NCBI GenBank assembly: GCA_977017575.1
Contig: CDRNVI010000035.1
Coordinates: 1-64,000, forward strand
Direction of reading: 5' to 3'
Source of the DNA: Paramoeba atlantica
Lineage: Eukaryota > Protista > Discosea
DNA: 64,000 nt
Shown here: positions 54,613 to 64,000 of the stretch, piece by piece
Layout of the letters: each line of letters starts with the position of its first letter
Numbering within the stretch: position 1 is the stretch's first letter
Notes under the pieces: model-generated
What the model was told of the DNA's origin: nothing
Database searches by the model: none
What the model saw: the letters and a program-made list of their open reading frames with translations, nothing else
Position numbers and translations under genes: made by a program

Positions 54613-55611
54613 TCAGTTTAATCTGGCGGCATTAGAGCGCGTATAATGCCGAAAAGTCGAAACCGTAGTATCAGACACAAACGCGCCTATCAGATCACTT
54701 ACCTGATTTTTTCGAGCGCTATGCCCAGTGTGGCGCAAGCAATGTACAGAAAACGTAAGTGATTCAGGCCAGCTAAAATGCTTTTTCGCCCCTGCTAACA
54801 CCTTGGACAAGTGCATCCGTATACACTTCGGAAAAACAAAACACTCGTCATATTTTGGCAAATTTTTCATCCGATCAAGCACAATTTGTAACTTAATTGT
54901 GCTACCACCGTTCTTTGTTTTTGTGCGTGGCAAGTAAAGTTCTGAATCTGATAGCTGGATATGATCCCACTTTATATTTTGCAAATTCTCAGGCCGAATA
55001 GGGCAATCAATGAAAAGCATTATTGCTGTTGTAAGAATATCCCGCAGACCCTGTTTCTAACAAATCCCTTTTTGGTTACAACTCATACACGTTGTGGGGA
55101 GAACAACTCTATTTTCAATATAGTTACATAATTCACGAAGCATTTCACATGTAAGAACGCCTTTTTCATTTCTTTCGCCATTCACACCGGCTCCCTTAAC
55201 TAACTTTTGAATTTCTCGTGTGTGTAGCCAAGCTTCGCGCTTAGCCGCTTGAAGCTTGAAGTGAGCCAAGGCGGCATGATACAAGCGTGGCGAAGCCAAA
55301 CCTTGCCGCTTCCAATTTACTAGAAATGCTACAAGCTCACTTTCTTCGAAGCTTGTAATATCGACTGGTGCGGTATCCGGAAGGTTACGGTATGTGCGCA
55401 AAAAATTTCTCAATGTATTTGCGCACGAATGATATTTCCTGGATGTAGAGCATCGCACCGGACTTTCCACTAATTCACTGTACGCTTCAGTACTTATCAC
55501 CCGAACTATATTAGTCGACTTAAAACCTGTTCGACTCTTGTTTTTTCGGTACATAAAGTTTATCTTGAGTTGACTAATAACCAAATATACTGTACGTGTC
55601 AGGATAACCAA
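54613..55611 (-). pseudogene. Y4 tyrosine recombinase with one in-frame TAG (55057-55059)
   Basis: SAM-like N-terminus, CPIRPENL (R), TKTK, VHCLRHTG, FRHY; both ORFs are in one frame. Confidence 0.85.
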
Positions 55612-56229
55612 AACAGACTAAAAAAATCTAAACAATACGCTGGTACACCGCGCACTGCCAACTCAAACTACGTACCCCTGAGTATTGCGTACCCCCATAT
55701 GTCCTTCCGACTTATCATGCTAACGGTAGCTCAATTATAGGCTAAGGGTAGTTCAATTATTATACGGACTGCTGCACTGAAAATACCAAAGACAGCAGAA
55801 AACAAAATATACAAAACATTGTCCACCACGTAAAATACTTATTTACTACATTGAATGTGCATTCAATGTCTATTTACTGTACAAATAAAATGACATCATA
55901 CTGTATAAGGAGTTACATACCATTTGAGCATTACTATAAAAGTCAAAGTACGCCCTTAGCTTTAATAAGCCTTCCATTCCAGAAAAGAAATCTTTAGTTA
56001 ATGTTTGTCTCTAAGTTGCAATCAACAACATACACGTACGTTTAGATAAAATATTTTCATGTTTTAGATACATACACAGCCTTTACGCGCCTCCATACAG
56101 CCTTCCCATGTATCAGAAAGCAAAAAAGTGCTACTTCCATCACAGAGTAAGTTAATGTCCTAAAAGATATCTTCGTCTACACTACGTTATCCTGTTCCAC
56201 ACTTCAGTACGTTTTATGGCGCGTACTTT

Positions 56230-57193
56230 TCAGTTGAGTGATTTGTTTGGTTCCTCAGTCGCACGGCTGCTCGCCGATGGGCACCACATATTTTTGTGCC
56301 CATTTCCACCGCAAGAGCGACACTTCCACTTTGCGAGATGTGGACGCCAAGCTGGACACGCTCCCCCTTCTCTAGCTTGGTGTCCATTACCCCCACATCC
56401 CGAACAGCTTGGCGGCGACACTGCACCGTAAAATGAATGTCGGGAAGAGCGGAAGGACTGACCAAGAGGTCGAAAATGATTAGAAGAACTTTTTGTAACA
56501 TTATACGTGCATGCAGCTGATGTGTTCACGAAAGCAGACATTTCTTCCACTGAGTCCATTTTTTCGTATACTTTTTTCGCAAGAATCCGCTCACCTAAAG
56601 GGGAAGGTGTACTTTTCTTAAAATTTTCTTTTCCCACATACGCCGCTCGGGCTGCCGAAGAAATTACGGTGGCGTAATACATCGCATCAGGGCATTGAAA
56701 GCTTAGCCCGTTCGGTAAAGCATGCAGCTGTAGAACAACAGCAATTTCCAAAAGGACGGAATAAGTTTAGCTTTGTCCGTCGCATGCATAGAGGGCCAGA
56801 ATCTCATACCTGCTTTGTCTGCGACAAAATCCTCAAAATTGATATGTAATACTCGTCGCCCTTTATGAAGCTAATTCTGCTTTCCAGGGCTTCCTTATTG
56901 TCCTTGTCGCAGGTACCCTGACGACACTTGATAAATACTTCTTCTAGCTTCACGCGGAATACATCTGAAACTTCGGCCTTTGGAATGGCCGCGGTTCCAA
57001 CCCATTCATGCACCTCAGACACTATCGCGCCACATAAATCATTCTTATGCATGCAACGACTCGTGTCAGAAGAATGGGAAATCGCTTTTGATATCTCTCG
57101 AAAAACTGTGTTTACCACATTCGAATCAGAACCTTCTAATGTAGTCCTAGGTTCTTTCACGGGAGTACGCTTTCGCTTAGAGCTCATAAGCAC
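56230..57193 (-). CDS. Y4 gag-like region with two Zn knuckles (interrupted)
   Basis: CSGCGGNGHQAREGGAC and CRSCGGNGHKNMWC upstream of YR on the same strand. Confidence 0.65.
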
Positions 57194-57989
57194 GAAATAT
57201 ACAAATTTTATATAGAATGTAGTTCGCTATAAAACTAAACAGTGATACAGAATTTCTAGATCTATCCTTTAGGTGGAGAATCTCTAAAAACAGTCCCAAC
57301 AAACTTAGGTCAAATATCACGTAGGAACGCGTGTGAGATCTTGCTACGTTAAATAGATGGAAGCGCGACATTCCAACTCTTGCTACTGGTACTATTTTGA
57401 TAACTTTCCTCCTCAATAGTGTACTTAATTCCTTCCTATATACAACATGTATATATACATCCCAGGCTTGGGACTGGGTAATGCGGAGTTACGGAGCGGC
57501 CCTCGACCAGTGAATAAACCTCAGCGATCATATTCGCGGCCTGCAAGCGGACGTTTGTTTCGGCGGGTGAGCATGCCTCCCGTACCTCGGTAAACGGGGC
57601 AAGGACTGCGACCTCTGTCTGTTGGATGGTCCGCTACGCCGAGCGGGGTAAATCGGTACAGGTTCCGGTGTTTCACTTCCGACAGGGTTTTGCTGAGTAG
57701 CCTCGCGCGCAGCAGCGGCTTGGGCTCGCGTGAGTGGCATAAAACAAAATGACACAGGTAAATGATAATATCAAAGAAAGTGAACTAGTTCGAATATCAT
57801 ACAATTATAAGCTATGTTCGCCTACTCTTTATTACCCACTTATGCCGAAGTACTCACGCAAGCTCCCAAAAGACTGTCGATGTGGGAGACGCCCGCGTCC
57901 ACCCATTCGCCAGTGCCCTATCGCCAAGTCCCGTATCGATTGCCACTCCATGCGTCCGCCATGTTCTCCTTTGTGGCAACGCGCTCAGG

Positions 57990-59369
57990 TATAATATGTA
58001 ACTCGTACTGCGAAAATATTTACAGTATCCGACCTAGAACTTGCGATATTTGTTCGGAGTCTGCCCATTTCTTCCGAATAGCCGCTTCGACGCTTGTGTT
58101 ATCTATCATGAGACGTATATGTTTTATCGTATTCCAAAACCGAGTAAATGCGTGAAAAGCATACTCAACCGCTAGTGCCTCTGCTTTGTTAATTTCAACT
58201 CGAACATTCCATTGAGCTCCAGTGGCAAAAACTTCGCTGTGCGGGGTTATCAGCACTGCCCCCCAACCTTCTTTCGACACATCGGTAAACATTACTGCCT
58301 GCGGCGAATTCGATATCGGCCTGATATCGCGCCAATTATTCTTCCTAACTTGTTTTGATGTTCATGCGCTCGTTGGCGCAGAGATACAGCCCTTGATGCG
58401 ACAGCCGATATCATCGGCACAATCCGTAATGACGGATGTCGCACCAAGGGGGTTTAGCTCGGTCCCAGTCGGTAGAGGTGGTCCAGGCAACTCACCACCT
58501 CTTTACGCATTGCAACCGACCGCTGCCTCGCGATTAGACGAGGCAGAGCCACGCCCAGTGGTGCTCAAGGGAGGCCACCATGGCGCATGGCTCCCCGGGA
58601 AGGAAAGGGCGCGAAGGGAAGAAAGCCGGGATGGGAAGAAAACCCACTCAAAGAGTGAGCCGGGGAGGGGTGATGGGGTGGAAGCGCGTCCCCTACGTCG
58701 CCGAGAAAGAGGGACAGTTTCGGCCTTAGTGCCGGCCGGCAAAGGGCATATAACAGTAAGACTATGCCCGTTGCCGGGGAAAGAAAAGATGAACTAAAGG
58801 AAAGTGTACCAACAAGGTACAGAAACTGTATCTTTATAGCTAGCCATCGTTCCATTTGACTAGAAATACTTTGAGCTAAAATGATTTCTGTCGTGTCTCG
58901 AATAATTCCTTTGTTCAATTGCGATAATTTCCGGCGCATAAATTTGGTAGACCAGTAGAACTGCGGTAAGTAAATCCCTAGTACTGTAGATGCGTATATC
59001 AGCCTCGCAATTAACGATTCGTATTCATGTAAAGGGGCATTCGGGGGAATATAACTAGGTAGCTTGCGGATCGATCGTTGGGATAAACGGCATCTTTTTT
59101 CCGAGTGATCGTAATCTACGCCGAGGAATGTATATTGCTGCCTTTTGATTGAGTCTGATGTCTTGAATGTAAGTCCCAAGTAACGTGCCCGATTTTCTAT
59201 CCACTTCTCAAAGTTTGTGCATTCATAAGTTGATCCCGCAAATCGCAATCCGTCTAAGTAAATATCTATGTCCCCTTTAAACCTGCAGGCTGTTTTACAG
59301 TAATCTTGTAGCCCTGCTGCCACAGCTGTCAATGTGTGCATGATTTCTGGTGCACATTTATGTCCCATT
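57990..59369 (-). pseudogene. YR retrotransposon Y3 RT C-half and RNase H, split by an SL-capped insert
   Basis: PMGHKCAPE, IYLDG, FLG, MFTDVSKEGWGA..INKAEALAV..IDN. Confidence 0.88.
58353..58837 (-). other. 485-bp SL-initiated insert, structured, no TSD
   Basis: SL at 58810-58837; removing it restores WLA-QVRKNN in frame. Confidence 0.8.
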
Positions 59370-59577
59370 GGACCCAATGCAGTCCCCGGGTGGCCCGTAG
59401 TGGACTAAGTGGCACAAGACGACCCACAGTGGCCCATAGTGGCCCACGGTGGCCCCAAAAATCGAGCGTCGCCGGAGAATCGTGACGACATAGAGGCAAG
59501 TGATTCTCTGATAAGTAGCGTACCTAGTACTAAGTATAGTGAGGAGGGGTAACTGTATATGAGCGTAGAGTGTATGA

Positions 59578-60759
59578 TCATAGGGGGTTATTGGTTGAGT
59601 GCTGGTGGGGGGATTGTTGTTCACGAAAAAAAACATACGCATCAAGATTTTTAGGATACATGTATTTGTCCATCGGACCTGTGATAGTAGAACTGTCAGA
59701 TACTCCATATCTGGAAGATTGTCCTTTGTGTTCTATTATCTTCTTTTTAACTGCTTCCACTTTCTCAGGGGTAAGAGGTGGATATCTTCCTTGAGGTCCA
59801 TGTTTATGAAACACTTCCATGTTATGAACCATGAGAGCGCACGAAAAAGCATAGTAAAGAAAATCTGGACTATGAGTCCACTGCTTAAAAGCCAGCCATT
59901 TGCCACAGCACGAACGAGAAAAAATGTGTTCGACCCGCGATCTAAAGTGAGCCAACTTTTCATTGAAGCACATTTTACCCTCTGCTTCTGAATCATGAAG
60001 TTTCTGCATAGACTTAGATTTTGGGCGCTTCGAACACCAAATTTTGGCTTTAGAATGGGGTACTATTAATCTATCAGTAAGACCATCGTAAAATCTCCCG
60101 TCAGCAAGAGCGCGAACACGATTGTGTGCCAGAAAATCCAGAATACCACTACAGTCCTGAATAACGGCGTCGGATGAGGCTCCACAGTACAATGTGTCTG
60201 CTGTGAAGCAAACATACCCAGACATTGTAGATGCTACGAGCGCTTTCACGACGTGTGTAGCATATTTGGGTTGATAGCAGTGAGGCAAGCTATCAACGTA
60301 CAGTGGCACTGTGCTCATCACCACCTTTATGTCCTTATCCCAAAAAGGAAGAACTGCGTTTGATTCATGGTGCAAAATATCAGAATCCAAACAAAGCCAT
60401 GTATCCTTCATATCGGAATGCAGTTTTTTAAAAAACGCGGGTATCTTGTCAGAACAAGAACGTTCAGACCAACCGGTTCCGAATTTCAAGGATATGAGTT
60501 CTGATACAATGTCGTAGCTACCCCCACACCGCAAAAAAAGAAAGCTCGCAAAAATTTCTTCAAAGGGATAAAATTGTTTTAGAAAGGTGAGAGCGCGATG
60601 AGTTAAACCGCATAAAGACAACTCTGAATATTTATTTTCGTAGGGAGCATCAGGTTCAGGTGCATCGCGGGATGTATCAGGTGGTGCGTCACGGGTTTCA
60701 GATATATTAACGGGTGTGTCATATTCCGGGGTGTCAATACGGCCAAGCATCAGTATCAA
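59578..60759 (-). CDS. Harbinger-type DDE transposase (DDE_Tnp_4-like)
   Basis: K..H..K..GYVCF..Y.GASSD, LADGRFY, FNEKLAHFRSRVEHIF, VHN. Confidence 0.8.
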   Translation of the reverse strand: MILMLGRIDTPEYDTPVNISETRDAPPDTSRDAPEPDAPYENKYSELSLCGLTHRALTFLKQFYPFEEIFASFLFLRCGGSYDIVSELISLKFGTGWSERSCSDKIPAFFKKLHSDMKDTWLCLDSDILHHESNAVLPFWDKDIKVVMSTVPLYVDSLPHCYQPKYATHVVKALVASTMSGYVCFTADTLYCGASSDAVIQDCSGILDFLAHNRVRALADGRFYDGLTDRLIVPHSKAKIWCSKRPKSKSMQKLHDSEAEGKMCFNEKLAHFRSRVEHIFSRSCCGKWLAFKQWTHSPDFLYYAFSCALMVHNMEVFHKHGPQGRYPPLTPEKVEAVKKKIIEHKGQSSRYGVSDSSTITGPMDKYMYPKNLDAYVFFREQQSPHQHSTNNPL

Positions 60760-60931
60760 GTAGAGGAAAGATTATTATGATTTTATTAGAGGAAAGAAAG
60801 ATTCTATATTAAATAAAATTCATTGATTTACGATTTTTTTTCGAATTCCTTACTTCCAAATTCCTTACTTGCAACTTTTTCACTTACAACATAACCGCTT
60901 AAAACTTACTTGCGATTTACAGGCCTACAAC

Positions 60932-61825
60932 TTACTTACGACTTTTAAAATGCAAAGTGTTCGAAGTTGAAGTTGAAGCAATGCGGGAAACGCGTTGCCG
61001 CTTCGGATTGCTGACCAGGTTTTCATCGTTCCGAACTTCAACTATCTCAACTTCCTGATCTGCGGCAGTCAAAGCTTGACGAGGAGGTCGGGCAACGTGA
61101 ATAAGATGAGCATTCGAAGTCTTTCCCTTCTTGAGAATCCGCAGTTGAACAAGGTCGTCCCGGATAGAAAGAAGTTCAGTAGGATCATTCTCCTCCATTG
61201 AATTGCCAAGTTTGTCCATAATCTCACCCTGAACTTGGTGAACAAACTTTTGATCAATTTCAAATGTTGAGTCACCTAGAACCGACAAAAAACTTGCTAC
61301 CAACGCAGTCTTTGTGTCTCTCAGAACCTTCTTTTCATTGGCGCGCTTGCCCTCATACAAGTTCCAGAGGTTTCGCAAAAACTCCTGCAGAGAGCCCCGC
61401 TCCTCTGGATGCAACGCATGGTTAAAATACGAGCAAACTGCTTCGGCCGAACGCGGGATATATCTTTTTATAGAAACATCTTTTGCCCTTTTGATAAGAA
61501 TAAGGACGTGGGCCACATGTCCGAACGCAAGCTTCGTACCGCAGAGCCACGTACTCAGCACATGCGTTAAGAACATTTTCTTCCTTCAGACCACGAGCAT
61601 AAATGTGGTCTAAGTTGTTGGCGGGAAGTCGTTCTCCATCTTGAGGGGAATTGCACAACGGACAGTTGGTCGGTTTGAACCTATGAGAACTGAAACCCTG
61701 TGACACTGAATACAGGGGTCCTTTACATCGCATTCGATGGGACAGGCACACATTACACACCTTCGGGGTTCTCCAAGACTTACGTTACGGTCTGCTTTGC
61801 AGCGTGGACAATACATTTTTTCCAT
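60932..61825 (-). CDS. Accessory ORF of the Harbinger-like element with Cys-rich N-terminus (two frames)
   Basis: CPRC..CVMC..CIQC cluster; second ORF in the usual PIF position. Confidence 0.5.
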
Positions 61826-62088
61826 TTTAGTAGCTTTATTACTGTGAAACAGACGTTTAATTCTAGATGTACATAGTTACTTCATTTCGTTCTATTTTAC
61901 AACTGCTGTACGTGGTCGACCAAAAATACATGAAAACGAAATCCTTACGAACTCAATATACGCAACTTAAAAGCAATCAAAAGGCACAACTTAAACTTTG
62001 AAGTGTCCAATCGTGGCACCGATTGTCCCATAGTGGCCCATAGTGGCCCACAGTGGCCCCAGAAATGTACCGAAGTTGCTGGGGGTCC

Positions 62089-63417
62089 ATTGGCATGCGG
62101 TTGAGTTCATAGATTTTTCCATAATGCGCAAACCGATAGTACGCTCGTGTCTGCTTGGAGAGTTCCACTTGAAAGAAGATCCGCAACTAGAGTTCCACTT
62201 GAAGAAAATCCGCAGCTAAGGTCTTGTTTCACTGCTTCCTCATGAGTCAACCTACTCGTATATTCGATTGGTTGATCTACCGGGACAAAGGTGTGATAAG
62301 TTTCTTCGATGCCTCGGTTATGCTCTTCCGGCCATGTAATAAAACGCCGCTGTTTTCCATCATCCCGTTCCTCTACAGTAAAAAAGACGATAATTATGCC
62401 TCTAGTTGGATAGCGTTGCAGATGCTCCCCATTGACCTCTGAAAGAATGTTCGCTTGCAGCAACTGGCATAGGTCAGCCTTGGGCAGTGATCCTTTCGCG
62501 ATTGGTAAAATATGGCCTACCTCAGGTATGTCCGGCTGGTCCATCAAGGACCACACGTAATCGAAGCGTTCGCGCGTTGGGGCGTTCATCAATTCCCGAA
62601 GTTTCCAAAGTTTTAACGACGGTACGGCCTTGGCATGCAGAGGCAGCTGATTTCTGTCGTCTTGTGTTGCCATTACAGTTTTCCTCCGAAGTCTAGTAAT
62701 CGTATGTCGACCCGTGTATATTGGGTAATCTTCACTGCACATCGCACTTGCGCTTCCTATTTTGGTCACAACATTCGTGTAATTCGGTGTGTACCGAGGG
62801 CCATCGCCGTGTTCTCGTTCATCCCGGCATACCTCAGAAACGTGCTCTGCTGTTTGTGCTGGGCCACCCGCATAGCTTGCTCCATAGTCACCTTGCCCTG
62901 GGCCATAAGAGGTACCATCTTGTGTACCGAGTTTCATAGAGTGGGTACCGTAGCCTGGCCCCAATACAGTTCGGATACGGTTGTTCAAAGTATGGATGGG
63001 AGTATCGCTGATGCGTTGCTTGGATGTGAGCCCCCGTAGGTAGTTGTAATGCTCCCGTGTCTCCTGGCCCTCGATAACCACCAGCGAGTCCGGGCGAAAC
63101 GGTTGCACTTTGGTTGATTCGGTTTTGATACCCCGGTTCAAGACAATCCGCGACGGACGCAGGGTGACAAAATCCTTCCTGGTAAATCGTGCCACCTCCC
63201 CAGCGCGTGATGCCGTTTTGTAGGCAAGGACCATAACCGCCCGACTGCTGGGAGATAAGTGGCGCTTCATTCTGTTGAGATGTTCTGACTGTATAGGGCG
63301 CGCTTGACGCTGCGGTACCAACGCTCCTTTCCGAATGAGTGTTTTGACATAAAGCGTACAATGGCGGGTAGAATGATGAATACGTTTCAGGAGCGCTATA
63401 AAATGTTTGATGTACAC
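62089..63417 (-). pseudogene. Y3 tyrosine recombinase C-half and RT N-half (overlapping frames)
   Basis: YKTASRAGE, GYGTHSMK, then AQH..LRY in the alternative frame; LPLHAK, RRFITW, KQDLSCGF, YRF..RMPM. Confidence 0.85.
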
Positions 63418-63619
63418 GAGCTTTGTCTGAAAAATATCTTTTTTTTTTAATTTTTTTTTACTGTATATATTTTTGAGCCCAAAACTAGCAATTGTATATT
63501 ATTATTATTATTTCCCCTCAAAGCTAGCAATCGATCCTACCATCCAGAAATAATAATTTCAAAACTAGCAAACAATCCCCCCCGAAATCCATCCCTAACC
63601 AAATCACCCACGCACCAAA

Positions 63620-64000
63620 ACTAAGACCCGTAACTAAGGAGACGAGAAGGTGATGCAATACCTCTCCTTTTGGCAGGGTGTATCCTCCGTGGGCCGCCCT
63701 ATCTGCGGCTACCTTCCGAAGGACTGCCATGGCGCTGGGACTCCACGAGCCGTAGGACTCCACGACCATCGCGGTAAATTTCATTTTCGCTGCCTCGGCC
63801 TCTTCACGTTGCTTCACCTTGTTAGTGGTAGCGTACTGCTCCGCAAACGACCCCGCCGTCACCCAGTTAGCGTCACGGACTGTGTCCGTATATTTTTGTT
63901 GCTGGACATGGGTGACGGCGAAGTCGAGTACGAGAGGATGACCTGAACCACTGTTCTTAATGAAGACATCTCCGGGCCTAGTGAGGGTGCCCCCCGGGCC
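63620..64000 (-). pseudogene. REL domain of a further B/C-type element, running off the window end
   Basis: TRPGDVFIK..LVLDFAVTHVQ..MVVESYGSW; joined to a B-type 3-prime UTR. Confidence 0.85.

Larger units (their letters stand above)
59370..62088 (-). mobile_element. PIF/Harbinger(ISL2EU)-like DNA transposon
   Basis: GGACCC / GGGTCC termini, ATT 3-bp duplication, subterminal AGTGGCCCA repeats; removing it restores RT RMPMGHK. Confidence 0.85.

Noticed and set aside
55057-55059. Non-standard genetic code (TAG as sense)
   Set aside because: TAA, TAG and TGA all end intact ORFs (A2, C, A1/Merlin-2); Y4 is otherwise degenerate
58700-58837. True SL RNA gene (SL followed by GT)
   Set aside because: The SL 5-prime end is missing, only GTAC could pair back to the exon, and I see no Sm-site/hairpin/T-tract layout; cannot be fully excluded without the real SL array

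Overview
Eukaryotic, transposon-only window with no host genes. A recurrent 36-nt sequence (CTTTAACGATAAAGATACAGTTTCTGTACCTTGTTG) shares the ACAGTTTCTGTAC..TTG core of kinetoplastid/diplonemid spliced leaders (SL), which places the host in Euglenozoa. The window is a nested transposon cluster. It holds (i) several CRE/SLACS-like non-LTR retrotransposons (RT plus restriction-like endonuclease); four diverged ones carry an N-terminal domain that looks like the ataxin-2/Pbp1 LsmAD domain. It also holds (ii) four tyrosine-recombinase (TATE/VIPER/DIRS-like) retrotransposons, two with a conserved -1 slippery site opening a long frame through the recombinase gene into RT; (iii) two Merlin (IS1595-like) transposases and TIR derivatives with an 8-bp TSD; (iv) a PIF/Harbinger-like element, a TA-TSD MITE and a TSD-less non-coding element; and (v) 153-bp and 177-bp satellites. 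Many elements begin with an SL exon, sometimes with tandem relict SLs cut at the internal AG, and they are chained poly(A)-to-SL. This indicates retrocopying of trans-spliced mRNAs. Bases 1-20600 consist of overlapping 8-10 kb segmental duplications, and the first copy has error-like homopolymer indels. All domain calls come from motif recognition by eye and were not searched against databases.
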